From contig NC_005072.1 of the NCBI RefSeq assembly GCF_000011465.1, forward strand, positions 120,001-152,000: a DNA stretch of 32,000 nucleotides. Reading direction: 5' to 3'. Under the pieces are notes generated by a model. The model did no database searches and was not told the origin of the DNA. It worked only from the letters and a program-made list of their open reading frames with translations. Of this stretch, positions 1 to 10,154 are shown one piece after another (within the stretch, counting starts at the first letter, position 1; the number at the start of each line of letters is the position of its first letter). The stretch comes from Prochlorococcus marinus subsp. pastoris str. CCMP1986 (GTDB lineage Bacteria; Cyanobacteriota; Cyanobacteriia; PCC-6307; Cyanobiaceae). The position numbers and the translations under genes were made by a program.

Positions 1-68
1 GGCGTCGTCCAGTACCAGATGTTTGGTTTAAATTAGACCAAATTAAAGAATATATAGTTTCAGAATAG
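1..68 (+). CDS. 3' end of an unidentified protein (partial; frame starts at base 3, ...RRPVPDVWFKLDQIKEYIVSE*)
   Basis: Open frame from the window edge to TAG at 66-68; protein-like composition but too short to identify. Confidence 0.35.
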   Translation, partial: RRPVPDVWFKLDQIKEYIVSE

Positions 69-72
69 TTAT

Positions 73-750
73 TCAGGAAATTATAGATTTTTTATCATAA
101 GCCATTTTTGATTGGATTCTTTTTGCTTCTTTCATCATTTCTTTTCCATCAAATAAATAATCATCTACATATCCTTGTGTGTACTTATCAAGTTCTGATA
201 AAGCATCTTTAACTTGAGAAAAACAATGATAAAGATCTAAACCTAAAGAGGATATTGGATTGGGCACAGATATTGACTTATAAAGCTTATCAACTTTTTC
301 AATTTTTCTTTGGGAAACAGTGATGTAACTGCAAAAATTATCCATCAATTCATCATCATATGGATCAGCAGATAGTTCCTTAATTTCTTGACTCAGAGGT
401 TTGATTATTTGGGTAATAAATCTATTGGTAGGATTATAAATATTTTTAATCCAATTTTTAACTTCATTATCTTTTATTGTAGAACTATATTTTGTTGTAT
501 TAACTTTCTCTTCCCAATTTTCATTTCTGAAATTAGATGATTGTTTTAATGAAAATAGGGTTTTATCATATTGTTCTTTTTTAAAAGGATCATTAAGAGT
601 CTCCCATGCATTTTGTATTGCAAGAAACCTATCTTTTTCACCTCCTGCATCGGGGTGATGTTGTTTAACTAAGCGACGATAAGAAGATTTAATTTCACCT
701 TGAGTTGCATTTTCCTTTACCTCTAATTCTTTATAAAGATTTTTGATCAT
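73..750 (-). CDS. DnaJ-like J-domain protein (N-terminal J domain, unknown C-terminal domain)
   Basis: N-terminus NLYKELEVKENATQGEIKSSYRRLVKQHHPDAGG with the HPD motif; 225 aa ORF. Confidence 0.9.
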   Translation of the reverse strand: MIKNLYKELEVKENATQGEIKSSYRRLVKQHHPDAGGEKDRFLAIQNAWETLNDPFKKEQYDKTLFSLKQSSNFRNENWEEKVNTTKYSSTIKDNEVKNWIKNIYNPTNRFITQIIKPLSQEIKELSADPYDDELMDNFCSYITVSQRKIEKVDKLYKSISVPNPISSLGLDLYHCFSQVKDALSELDKYTQGYVDDYLFDGKEMMKEAKRIQSKMAYDKKSIIS

Positions 751-766
751 ATCTAAATATCCTTGC

Positions 767-1735
767 CTATAGATAACCGTCTTTTCTAGCTTTTATTGCA
801 GTGTTTGATTCAAACATTGCTGTAGATAAGTATCTTTCACCAAAACTCGGAAGAATCACTATTAATCTTTGATTAATAAGCTCTTTCCTTTGACCTATTT
901 TGATTGTTGCTGCCAAAGCAGCTCCGCTACTAATTCCTGATAAAAGACCCTCTAATCGAGCTAATAACCTCCCATAATAAAATGCTTCTTCATCATCTAT
1001 CTTAAAAATTTCATCTATTAAATGAGTGTCAAGTACCTTAGGAACGAAGCCTGCACCAATCCCCTGGATAGAATGAGAACCAGCTTTTTCTCCTGAAATT
1101 ACAGCGCTTTTTGCGGGCTCTACTGCATATATTTTGCAATTTGGATTAACTTTTTTTAGAAATCGAGAACATCCAGTTATGGTTCCTCCAGTACCAACTC
1201 CAGAAACTAATCCATCAATAGTTTGATTAGATTGATCCCAAATTTCTTTAGCTGTGGTCCTTTCATGAATTTCTGGATTTGCAAGATTTTCAAACTGGTT
1301 AAACTGAAAGCTATTTGGAATACTTGAAGATAATTCACTTGCTAAATCTAGAGCACCGTTCATTCCTTCTTTGCCAGGAGTGAGTTGTAATTCTGCCCCA
1401 TATGCTCTTAGCATTGCCCTTCTCTCAATACTCATAGTATCTGGCATAGTTAATATCAATCTATAACCTTTAGCTGCTGCAACCATTGCTAAAGCAATTC
1501 CAGTATTTCCACTTGTTGCCTCAATTAATGTTGTTTTCCCAGGTAAAATTAAACCATCTTTTTCGGCTGAATTTAACATCGAATAAGCAATACGATCTTT
1601 GACAGATGCTGATGGATTAAAACTTTCAAGTTTCGCTATTATTTCTGGATGACAATTACAGTATTTTTTTATGCGATCTAATTTTACTAATGGTGTTTTG
1701 CCAACTAAAGAAGTAATATCACCTGCTATTTCCAT
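767..1735 (-). CDS. cysK: Cysteine synthase (O-acetylserine sulfhydrylase), PLP-dependent
   Basis: VGKTPLVKL, PSASVKDRIA (PLP lysine), EATSGNTGIALA, GVGTGGTITG motifs; full length 322 aa. Confidence 0.95.
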   Translation of the reverse strand: MEIAGDITSLVGKTPLVKLDRIKKYCNCHPEIIAKLESFNPSASVKDRIAYSMLNSAEKDGLILPGKTTLIEATSGNTGIALAMVAAAKGYRLILTMPDTMSIERRAMLRAYGAELQLTPGKEGMNGALDLASELSSSIPNSFQFNQFENLANPEIHERTTAKEIWDQSNQTIDGLVSGVGTGGTITGCSRFLKKVNPNCKIYAVEPAKSAVISGEKAGSHSIQGIGAGFVPKVLDTHLIDEIFKIDDEEAFYYGRLLARLEGLLSGISSGAALAATIKIGQRKELINQRLIVILPSFGERYLSTAMFESNTAIKARKDGYL

Positions 1736-1867
1736 GGAAAAATTTTTACAAAATTAAATTTGTTCATTATTATTTTAAATGTATTTATACGTCTTTTATA
1801 AAAAAATTTTAAATTGAACTTAATTTCAAAACAACTTCTTAGAAAAGATTGTTCTATAGTTTGTTTA

Positions 1868-1873
1868 TAATAT
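1868..1873 (+). promoter_or_regulatory. Possible -10 element (TATAAT) upstream of the ORF at 1892
   Basis: Exact TATAAT 18 nt before the ATG; no convincing -35, and the region is AT-rich so chance is likely. Confidence 0.3.
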
Positions 1874-1891
1874 AAAATTTACAATTCTTTT

Positions 1892-2161
1892 ATGTATTCT
1901 CTTGAAATAAGTCTAAGATATTCCCCCTTTCCCCTTTCAATTCAGAAGAAAGAGTATGAGGATATTAAAAGAATCTATGATGAAATCAAAGATTCTATGA
2001 ATAGTGATAACCAAAACTCCCCTTTAATCGAATTAAGTTGTGAAAAAGTTCAAGATAAATTGATAACTGTTCTTGCTAAAGAAGTTATTTCTGTTCAGAT
2101 ATATGAAAAGTCAGCAGTTGCTGGTGGATCAAAAAGACCTGGATTTTCCTTAGATATTTAG
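1892..2161 (+). CDS. Conserved small cyanobacterial protein, UPF0367-like
   Basis: 89 aa: MYSLEISLRYSPFPLSIQKKEYEDIKRIYDEI...CEKVQDKLITVLAKEVISVQIYEKS, matching the remembered UPF0367 pattern. Confidence 0.8.
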   Translation: MYSLEISLRYSPFPLSIQKKEYEDIKRIYDEIKDSMNSDNQNSPLIELSCEKVQDKLITVLAKEVISVQIYEKSAVAGGSKRPGFSLDI

Positions 2162-2162
2162 A

Positions 2163-2846
2163 ATGATCGAGATCGAGGATACTTTGCAAAATGGAGTACC
2201 TAATGTAACTTTCAAAAATGTGAGTTTTTCATGGCCAGGAAAAAATGAGCATGTAATAAATAATTGTAATTTTTCTATTAATAAAACTGGGTTATGGATG
2301 ATTGTTGGTAAAAATGGGAGCGGAAAGAGTACCTTGCTTAAGTTAATTAATGGACTTCTAATACCAAGCAATGGAGTCATAAATAAATTAGCGAACATTG
2401 GGATGGTTTTTCAGAATCCTGATCATCAAATATTAATGCCAAACTGTAGGAGTGAACTTCTTCTGAATATTAATCAAAATTTAAGTAGAAAAGATATTTC
2501 AAATAAAATTGACATTGCTCTAAACAAGGTTGGATTAGCTGGATTTGATAAAAGGTCGATTCATACATTAAGTGGCGGTCAAAAACAACGTTTAACTATT
2601 GCATCTTCATTGATAAGTGATAAGAATTTCATTCTTATGGATGAGCCCACAGCTCTATTAGATAGTTCTAGTCAATTAGCAGTTTTAGAAATAATTAAGG
2701 GCCTTACAAAGAATAAAAGAAACCCATTCACTGCTTTATGGATTACTCATCGTTTAGAGGAATTAAGTTATGCAGATGCAGTTGCAGAGATGAAGAATGG
2801 AAATTTATCAGATTGGCAGAAACCATTTAACTTTCAATATAATTAA
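2163..2846 (+). CDS. ABC transporter ATP-binding protein, CbiO/EcfA type
   Basis: Walker A GKNGSGKST, signature LSGGQKQR, Walker B LMDEPTALLD, H-loop ITHR; starts immediately after the upstream stop. Confidence 0.9.
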   Translation: MIEIEDTLQNGVPNVTFKNVSFSWPGKNEHVINNCNFSINKTGLWMIVGKNGSGKSTLLKLINGLLIPSNGVINKLANIGMVFQNPDHQILMPNCRSELLLNINQNLSRKDISNKIDIALNKVGLAGFDKRSIHTLSGGQKQRLTIASSLISDKNFILMDEPTALLDSSSQLAVLEIIKGLTKNKRNPFTALWITHRLEELSYADAVAEMKNGNLSDWQKPFNFQYN

Positions 2847-2895
2847 GGTTTACCCCTTGTCATAAGGTACATGTAAGAGTTAAATTTTTATATGT

Positions 2896-2967
<72 letters not shown>

Positions 2968-2996
2968 TTCCTTTTCATAAACGTTATCGTGTCATA

Positions 2997-3018
2997 AGAC
3001 CCCATAAGGGTCTTTTTT
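2997..3018 (+). terminator. Rho-independent terminator downstream of tRNA-Asn
   Basis: AGACCC-cataa-GGGTCT followed by TTTTTT-type U-tract. Confidence 0.8.
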
Positions 3019-3078
3019 ATTGGCATGTCTTGCAATATTGCAAAAACCATTAGATCACACACGTCCATAATAAGTCGC

Positions 3079-3113
3079 TTTTTTTATGTGTTTTGTGTTT
3101 TTTTATGTGTTTT
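3079..3113 (+). repeat. Two tandem copies of TTTTTTTATGTGTTTT (3079-3094 and 3098-3113), separated by GTG
   Basis: Direct reading; a third copy lies at 4361-4376. Confidence 0.8.
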
Positions 3114-3288
3114 AGCTCTTTGTAAAAATGTGATTTTATTATTCAACTTATTTGACCATTTGTAATTGACAGTCAATCTAAAATTTAGAATAAACATCTA
3201 TTTTATATGGTGTATTCAGGTGACATTTAGAGAACGCTAGAATGATATCGAATTTCAGTTACATCAAAATTCAAAATTTTTTTCGGAC

Positions 3289-4260
3289 ATGAAAAAACTT
3301 GTATACCTTTTTCTTATATTGATGTGTTTTACCAGTGGTAATTCATACTCATGGGAAAAGGTACCTGTTCCAGACTCTGTAGATAAAAAAACAAAATCTC
3401 CTTGGAATTTTTCTGAAGACTTTGAAAATCAAGAAGAAGGAAGACTGAGAACTAACAAATTTCTCATCAACGATAAGGGGGCAGGTCTCAAACCATTTTT
3501 AATTAAGGAAGATCCTGATGGTAATAAGTATCTTGCGGTGACAGTGAAACATGGATGGAATCATGATCCTAAGAAAAAAAGAGGAGAAGAAACTGAAAGA
3601 GCAGAATTTCAGACAAGACCAAAAAGAGCTGTAGGTAAAGAAATGTGGATAAGTTTCAAAACAAGACTTCCACAGGATTTTACTCATATCGACGACAGAG
3701 TATTATTTTTTCAATTCAAAAACCAATTTGAACAAATGGGAAGGAGTCCTCTTTTAGGATTACGTTATTATAAAAATGGAAATAGATTACAAATAGGGGG
3801 AGATACCGGAGGAAATCCAAGGAAATCTATGAGTCGGGAGGAAAGGTATGTTCACCACATCGGAACAAAGTATAAAAACAAAGGGGGAAATTGGATTGTG
3901 CGTTGGGAAAAAGATAGAAGGGAAGGTAAAATCAGAGATGAAGATGATTTCAAACTCACAACGAACGAACCAGTGAGTGTAACTCCATTAGGTGAATGGA
4001 GCACATATAAGATTGGAATTTATAATACAAAGAATGATGATGGTTTTGTAAAAGTTTATAAAGATAACCAATTGATGTTTGATTATAAGGGTGTCACCTT
4101 TGATTGGCGTGGACGTTATAAAGGAAGTTATATCAGAATCGGTATCTATCGAGATTCAGGAAAACAATTTGGAATCGAATACCCCGATCAAACTATTCAC
4201 TTTGATGATTTCATTGTTGTTTCAGATGAAAAGACTTTAGATCAGATACTCAATAGGTAA
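3289..4260 (+). CDS. Secreted polysaccharide-lyase-like protein (PF14099 / heparin-lyase-type jelly-roll family, assignment tentative)
   Basis: 323 aa; signal peptide MKKLVYLFLILMCFTSGNSYS; RAEFQTR, WISFKTRLP, FFQFKNQ, GEWSTYKIGIY and YIRIGIYR segments resemble jelly-roll polysaccharide lyases. Confidence 0.7.
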   Translation: MKKLVYLFLILMCFTSGNSYSWEKVPVPDSVDKKTKSPWNFSEDFENQEEGRLRTNKFLINDKGAGLKPFLIKEDPDGNKYLAVTVKHGWNHDPKKKRGEETERAEFQTRPKRAVGKEMWISFKTRLPQDFTHIDDRVLFFQFKNQFEQMGRSPLLGLRYYKNGNRLQIGGDTGGNPRKSMSREERYVHHIGTKYKNKGGNWIVRWEKDRREGKIRDEDDFKLTTNEPVSVTPLGEWSTYKIGIYNTKNDDGFVKVYKDNQLMFDYKGVTFDWRGRYKGSYIRIGIYRDSGKQFGIEYPDQTIHFDDFIVVSDEKTLDQILNR

Positions 4261-4357
4261 TCTGCGATCTTTTGATGAGCAGGTTCAAGTAGGTAAAATC
4301 CATTGACAAAATTGAAGTTAGAAGGAAATAGCAACATAAAAAATGACCCCATAAAAT

Positions 4358-4376
4358 GTGTTTTTTTATGTGTTTT
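4358..4376 (+). repeat. GTGTTTTTTTATGTGTTTT, exact 19-nt copy of 3095-3113
   Basis: Direct reading of both loci. Confidence 0.8.
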
Positions 4377-4447
4377 CCAAGAGGGATATTTGTAATTTGG
4401 GCGACTATGCCTGTCTATGAACGCTTATGAAATATCAAACCGACTTG

Positions 4448-4460
4448 CGCCCGGGGAGTT
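4448..4460 (+). repeat. Right att-like repeat (orphan copy of the tRNA-Asn 3' end)
   Basis: CGCCCGGGGAGTT, identical to 2957-2969, in an AT-rich context with no tRNA body upstream. Confidence 0.8.
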
Positions 4461-4485
4461 TATTTTCTCCTAAATAAGAGATATT

Positions 4486-4508
4486 GAGATCTTCGGGTCT
4501 CTTTTTTT
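4486..4508 (+). terminator. Rho-independent terminator with UUCG tetraloop
   Basis: GAGATC-TTCG-GGTCTC followed by TTTTTTT, 25 nt downstream of the orphan tRNA 3' end. Confidence 0.8.
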
Positions 4509-4572
4509 ACGTAAAATACAACTAACTAAAGGGAAAAACTTTAAAAGCGCCTCATAACCTACTTTTAAAGAG

Positions 4573-4932
4573 TTAATCATCCCACATGTCTTGTTTATTC
4601 TGTTCGATATTATTTTTTTCAAGCAACTCTAATCTATGCTCTTTTGAATCTTCTTCAAAATTTTGTAAGTTTTCGTTGTTTGCAAATTTTTGTTGAATCT
4701 CCAAAATTATAATTTCAAATTGATCGCCATAAAATTTAGACATTTCCATCCATGCTTCCATTTCCTCCTCTTTTCCAATTGTGTCGTTTATCTGATGGCT
4801 AATTATTTCTAAAACAAATTCTTTTAACTCTTTATGGCTCATGCATTCAACTTTTTTTTGAATATAAAGTTCTTTTAGATGTTGTAACTGCTTTTTAGAT
4901 AAATCGGTGTAAGTAATAGATTTCTTTTTCAT
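4573..4932 (-). CDS. Hypothetical protein, 119 aa
   Basis: ORF with charged, helical-looking composition; no recognised domain. Confidence 0.7.
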   Translation of the reverse strand: MKKKSITYTDLSKKQLQHLKELYIQKKVECMSHKELKEFVLEIISHQINDTIGKEEEMEAWMEMSKFYGDQFEIIILEIQQKFANNENLQNFEEDSKEHRLELLEKNNIEQNKQDMWDD

Positions 4933-5357
4933 AAATATTCAGTTTGTTTTTATAATAAAGTTAACAATTAGTATCTAAAAAAGATTTTGAGTCACAAATA
5001 ATTTACATAATATTCTACGAAAAAAATTTAGTTTAAAAATAAAAGATTTAAATTGGTATGATAACAATCACCTGAATTTTTTACTTTCATAGATGTTGAT
5101 ATTCATGTTTTGAATAAAATTTAACTGACGTTATTTGCCGATTTATATTGAATTATTAAGTAATTATTAAGCAAATCGAAAGAATTTATAAAATTTATAT
5201 TTTCTTTTTAGTTGATATTTCCGTCTAATCCATTGAAGTAATTAGTTTTTTTATTGTAATAACTTAAATAAGTCTTTAAATTAGGTCTGCAATAAATGCA
5301 AAATGTTGAGAGAATCGTTATACAAAATCTTAATCTCGGTTTAATAATAGGTCAGAT

Positions 5358-6113
5358 ATGAAAATTTCAATCCTGTTGATAGAAGATGATCGTGATATGC
5401 GTGAATTAGTATCTGGTCATCTTGAACATTCTGGTTTTGATGTTCAAAAAGCTGAAGATGGTATTAAAGGTCAAGCTTTAGCCCTTCAATACTCTCCTGA
5501 CTTAATTCTTCTAGATTTAATGTTACCTAGCGTTGATGGTTTGACATTATGCCAAAGACTGCGGAGAGATGAAAGGACTTCAAATATTCCCATATTAATG
5601 ATTACAGCTTTGGGTGGACTTAAAGATAAAGTTACTGGATTTAATTCAGGTGCTGATGATTACATCACAAAACCATTTGATTTAGAGGAATTATACGTTC
5701 GTATCAAAGCTTTATTGAGAAGAACTAATAGAGCACAATTGAATTCAACTAACCAACAAGAAATTTTAAATTATGGACCTCTTACTCTTGTTCCGGAAAG
5801 GTTTGAAGCTATTTGGTTTGAATCTGCCGTGAGACTTACCCATTTAGAATTTGAGCTACTTCACTGTTTGATGCAAAGACATGGTCAAACAGTCTCTCCA
5901 GCACTGATATTAAAGGAAGTATGGGGTTATGAACCTGACGATGATATTGAGACTATTAGAGTTCATGTAAGGCACTTAAGAACAAAATTAGAACCTGAAC
6001 CTCGCAAGCCAAAATATATAAAAACTGTTTATGGAGCGGGATATTGCCTTGAGTTACCTGCGGTAGCTCAGGTTGATAATGGTATGCAAGAGTTTGCTGA
6101 ATCTACAAATTAA
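5358..6113 (+). CDS. rpaA: OmpR-family response regulator RpaA
   Basis: Receiver domain (IEDDRDM, LLDLMLP, ITKPFD) plus winged helix ([22 protein letters not shown]); matches cyanobacterial RpaA. Confidence 0.9.
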   Translation: MKISILLIEDDRDMRELVSGHLEHSGFDVQKAEDGIKGQALALQYSPDLILLDLMLPSVDGLTLCQRLRRDERTSNIPILMITALGGLKDKVTGFNSGADDYITKPFDLEELYVRIKALLRRTNRAQLNSTNQQEILNYGPLTLVPERFEAIWFESAVRLTHLEFELLHCLMQRHGQTVSPALILKEVWGYEPDDDIETIRVHVRHLRTKLEPEPRKPKYIKTVYGAGYCLELPAVAQVDNGMQEFAESTN

Positions 6114-6142
6114 AACTTAATCAAATGAGTAATTAAGTAACT

Positions 6143-7102
6143 TTACAAATCTTCAATTGCTATTTTTAATAAAGTTACTTCCCATGCTAGTCGTGGTTGT
6201 ATAAAACCTTTAAGATGTACCTTCAAATCTTCTAGTTTTTTGACGATGTTTTTGTTTCTAGTTTTTGCCCAACATTTTTGTTGTACAAAATTTATTAAAA
6301 ACATTTGTTGATCAATATCTAGTTCTTCAGATATTAATTTTGTTATTTTTAGTATTTCTAAATTATCACTTAATGGAAAGTCCAAGTTTTCTTTAATTGC
6401 ATTTGGTAATTGGTTCCAAATTTTTATATCTTTCAGTATTTTTCCTGGAGAGCCATTTGCTGAATTAATAAAATACTCTAAATCTATTTCTTTATAAATA
6501 TCAAAAACTGTAGAATCTAAATTATTTCTTATGAAAATCTCAAGCTGTTTATATGAAAAAGCTTTAAATCTTATAAGTTGACATCTTGAGATAATAGTAT
6601 CCAAAAGTAAGTTTAACCTAGAAGTTAAAAGAATAAATATACCGTTAGAGGGCTCTTCTAGTGTTTTTAAAAGACAATTAGATGCTGCTTCATTCATAAG
6701 GTGAGCATCATCAATTAATACAATTTTTCCACCTGATTCAATGGATTTTTGACCTAGAAAAGTCTTTAAATTTCTAATTTGCTCTATTCTTATTGTTTCT
6801 TTATTATTTTTTGTAGTTTCAGCTTCTGAACGATTTATAAGATTACCTTTAAAAAAATAGGTAGGCTCAATTAATAAGAAATCAGGGTGGTTTTTATCTA
6901 TGATTTTTTTTTCAATGTTTGAATTAGATGAATATTTATTAAAAATTTCCATAATAAATTTCATAGCGGTTTGTTTTTTCCCTATACCTTCCGGACCATA
7001 AAATATATAACCGTTGGAAAATGCTTTACTCTTAAGTATGCTTTCTAGATTTTCATTAACTTCCTGATTAATTAAAAGATTCTCAGTTTTAAGATCAATC
7101 AT
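6143..7102 (-). CDS. holB: DNA polymerase III delta' subunit
   Basis: [19 protein letters not shown] Walker [21 protein letters not shown], adjacent to tmk. Confidence 0.88.
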   Translation of the reverse strand: MIDLKTENLLINQEVNENLESILKSKAFSNGYIFYGPEGIGKKQTAMKFIMEIFNKYSSNSNIEKKIIDKNHPDFLLIEPTYFFKGNLINRSEAETTKNNKETIRIEQIRNLKTFLGQKSIESGGKIVLIDDAHLMNEAASNCLLKTLEEPSNGIFILLTSRLNLLLDTIISRCQLIRFKAFSYKQLEIFIRNNLDSTVFDIYKEIDLEYFINSANGSPGKILKDIKIWNQLPNAIKENLDFPLSDNLEILKITKLISEELDIDQQMFLINFVQQKCWAKTRNKNIVKKLEDLKVHLKGFIQPRLAWEVTLLKIAIEDL

Positions 7103-7739
7103 TGTTTACTCGAGAAAACTTTTTTAGTAAGGTTTCTTTTATTTCATTAGTAATAGTATTTATATCCTGTAAAGCAGATATTGTTGTCCAATTTTTTTCT
7201 TTTGCAATCAACTTAAAACCTTCATTAACTTTTTCTAGGAATTTTATCCCTTCAGATTCCATCCTATCTGGAATAAACTTTTCCCTTCGTAATACACTTT
7301 CTTCTGCTGAAATTTCTAGAAAAATAGTCAGGTCTGGGGATTCTCCTTGACAAACAATAGATTCGATATTTTTGATAATCTCAAGATTGATATTTCTACC
7401 ATAACCTTGATAAGCAAGTGTAGAGTCACAAAATCTATCGCTAAGTACCCAGTCTTGATTTTCTAAAGCAGGTGATATGGTTTTGGAAATATGTTCTGCT
7501 CTATCAGCAGAATAAAGCAATAATTCAGCCAGAGAAGAAGGTTTATTATCTTTATGATTATCAAGTATTAAATTTCTAATTTTTTTTCCTAATAAGCTTC
7601 CTCCAGGTTCTCTAGTTTTTACTAATTTTTGCTTTCCTCTCAAAAGACCACTAGTTGGGATCCATTTAGAAATTTCATCAATTTGGGTTGTTTTACCGCA
7701 ACCATCAATTCCTTCAATAACAATAAATTTACCCCTCAT
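7095..7739 (-). CDS. tmk: Thymidylate kinase
   Basis: [37 protein letters not shown] motifs. Confidence 0.95.
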   Translation of the reverse strand: MRGKFIVIEGIDGCGKTTQIDEISKWIPTSGLLRGKQKLVKTREPGGSLLGKKIRNLILDNHKDNKPSSLAELLLYSADRAEHISKTISPALENQDWVLSDRFCDSTLAYQGYGRNINLEIIKNIESIVCQGESPDLTIFLEISAEESVLRREKFIPDRMESEGIKFLEKVNEGFKLIAKEKNWTTISALQDINTITNEIKETLLKKFSRVNND

Positions 7740-10037
7740 TTATTCTAAAGATAAAGCATTTATTACAACGGTTATTGAACTAGTTGCCATCAATAATGCT
7801 GCGATTGATGGTGTAAGAAGAATGCCATATTTTGGAAATAGAATACCTCCCGCTATGGGAATTGCAATCAAGTTGTATCCAAAAGCCCAGAATAGATTTT
7901 GTTTAATTTTTCCTATTGTTCTTTTTGCAAGACTAAGTGCATAAGGTAATCCAGATAACTGATCTCCCATTAAAACAACATCTGCATTCGCTTTCGCAAT
8001 CTGGGTACCTGAACCAACTGCTATTCCTAAATTTGAAGCTGCCAAAGCAGGTGCATCATTTATTCCATCTCCAATCATTGCAACTTTATTGCTCTTCTTT
8101 AAATTTTCAATTATTTTTAATTTCATTTCTGGAAGAAGATCCCATTTTATTTCTGCTTCTGGACTATCTAATTTTTTTGCCAACTCCACTACAGTTTCTT
8201 TTCTATCTCCGCTTAAAATTTTTATATTATAATTATCCTCTCTTAATTTTTGAACAGAACTAATAGAATCCTCTCTTAATAAATCACCTAATAAAATAAA
8301 TCCGAGTAACTTCTTATTTATACATACTCCAATCACAGAATGGGATTTGTTTTCCTCATTTTCTAATATTTCTTTTGATTTACTATCAATTATTACTCCT
8401 TTACTATTCAACCATTCAACACTTCCAATATTGATTTCCCCATCAATTGAATCAAGTTCTCCTGATATACCTCTACCAGATTCTGTATGGATGTTTTTAA
8501 TTGTCAACAAGCTAAGGTTTTGTTTTTTGGCTTCATTAACTAATGCGCTAGCTATGGGATGTCGGCTTTGACTTTCTAAACTTGCAGATATTTTTAAAAG
8601 AAATAATTTATCAGCAGTATTTAAATAATCGATTATGAAAGGTTTACCTTTGGTCAATGTCCCTGTTTTATCAAAAATAATATGATTAATTTTTGATGCC
8701 ATTTCTATTTTATCTCCGCCTTTAAATAAAACGCCTTTTTTTGCAGCTTTACCTGATGCAACAGTTATTACTGTGGGAGTAGCAAGACCTAAAGCGCAGG
8801 GACAAGCTATTACTAAAACAGCAATTGAGAGTTGAATGGCTAAAGTTAAAAAATTTTCAGCATTACTACCTAATGAATTATGTAACGTATGGTTGGATGT
8901 GGTTAACAAGTCATGATGATTGTTTATTAACAAATCTGGCCAAATTTGTTTTGCACCTTTCCACCAAAAAAAGAAGCTTGAAGTTGCAATAAAAAGTACG
9001 AAGTATGTGAATTTCCCTGCAATCTTATCAGCGATTCTCTGAATTGGAGGCTTTTTAGATTGAACTGATTCAATAAGATTAACTAGTTTTGCTAGAGAAG
9101 TTTCTTCTCCCACTTTGATAACCTTTAGCTTTAAGGTGGAATTTAAATTTAATGAGCCATTAAGTAAATGTTCACCTGATTTCACATCTATAGGTTTAGA
9201 TTCCCCTGTAATATGAGAAACATCTACAGATGAATTTCCATTGATAACAATACAATCAGCTGGTACACGATCTCCAGCTAATAATTGAATTTCATCTCCT
9301 ATTTTTAAAGAATGTACTCTGACTGATTTGACTTTATTTGCTTCTATATAAATATTTGCCATTTCTGGTTGGAGATCTAGTAATTCTCCAATAGAAGAAC
9401 CTGTTTGATACTTTGCTCTTTCTTCTAAAAAACGTCCAATAAGAATAAACCCCAATAACATTACTGGTTCATTAAAAAAACAGGGAAAACCAGTCGAAGG
9501 AAATATTAATGATAATAGACTTGTTGTATAAGCACTACTTACTCCCAGAGCTACTAAAGAATCCATATCTGGTCGATTTTTAATAAGTGATTTGAATCCT
9601 TTGATTACAATTTCTCTTCCAGGAAAGAATAAAGCTAATGTGGCCAGTGCAGCATGAAAGAATAAATTTCCTAATATTGGTAAATTTAAAAAACCTCCTT
9701 CTGCTAAATGCCCTAACACTGAAAACAATAAAAGTAAGAGTGCAAAATTAAGTTTTTTCCATTGATTAATCCATTTCTTTTTTTTTTCTAATTGAACTTT
9801 ATTTACTTTTTTTGAAAAATCATTTATGTAAATCTTTGCGGGAAAACCGCTTTGCTTGAGGTTTTCTAAAACCTGATCAATGTTTGGAACTGTTTTATTA
9901 ATTTCAAAATATGCACTTTCAGTAAGTAAGTTAACAGAAACATTTTGTACCCCATCCGAATTTTTTAATATATTTTCTACCGTGTTAACACAACCCCCAC
10001 ATTTCATACCGGTAATATTTAATTGAATACTATTCAT
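7740..10037 (-). CDS. P1B-type (copper-type) cation-transporting ATPase
   Basis: N-terminal GMKCGGC metal-binding domain, CPC motif VIACPCALGLATP, DKTGTLTKGKP, MIGDGINDAPAL; 765 aa. Confidence 0.93.
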   Translation of the reverse strand: MNSIQLNITGMKCGGCVNTVENILKNSDGVQNVSVNLLTESAYFEINKTVPNIDQVLENLKQSGFPAKIYINDFSKKVNKVQLEKKKKWINQWKKLNFALLLLLFSVLGHLAEGGFLNLPILGNLFFHAALATLALFFPGREIVIKGFKSLIKNRPDMDSLVALGVSSAYTTSLLSLIFPSTGFPCFFNEPVMLLGFILIGRFLEERAKYQTGSSIGELLDLQPEMANIYIEANKVKSVRVHSLKIGDEIQLLAGDRVPADCIVINGNSSVDVSHITGESKPIDVKSGEHLLNGSLNLNSTLKLKVIKVGEETSLAKLVNLIESVQSKKPPIQRIADKIAGKFTYFVLFIATSSFFFWWKGAKQIWPDLLINNHHDLLTTSNHTLHNSLGSNAENFLTLAIQLSIAVLVIACPCALGLATPTVITVASGKAAKKGVLFKGGDKIEMASKINHIIFDKTGTLTKGKPFIIDYLNTADKLFLLKISASLESQSRHPIASALVNEAKKQNLSLLTIKNIHTESGRGISGELDSIDGEINIGSVEWLNSKGVIIDSKSKEILENEENKSHSVIGVCINKKLLGFILLGDLLREDSISSVQKLREDNYNIKILSGDRKETVVELAKKLDSPEAEIKWDLLPEMKLKIIENLKKSNKVAMIGDGINDAPALAASNLGIAVGSGTQIAKANADVVLMGDQLSGLPYALSLAKRTIGKIKQNLFWAFGYNLIAIPIAGGILFPKYGILLTPSIAALLMATSSITVVINALSLE

Positions 10038-10154
10038 ATTTTTGCGATGAAAGCATAGTAATACTTGCTTGTATTAATTACTATAGTAATAAATGTTATA
10101 GACTTTATTAAATAGTTGATATTTTATTGACTATATTAACTTTATTTAAAAAAA

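Noticed and set aside
3166-3191. Possible promoter TTGACA...TAGAAT upstream of the lyase-like gene
   Set aside because: The spacer is only 14 nt and the region is AT-rich, so the match is not convincing.
7102-8571. Plus-strand ORFs 7102-7350, 7937-8263 and 8347-8571
   Set aside because: Antisense shadows of tmk and the P-type ATPase; low-complexity Leu/Ser/Phe composition typical of reverse-frame translation.
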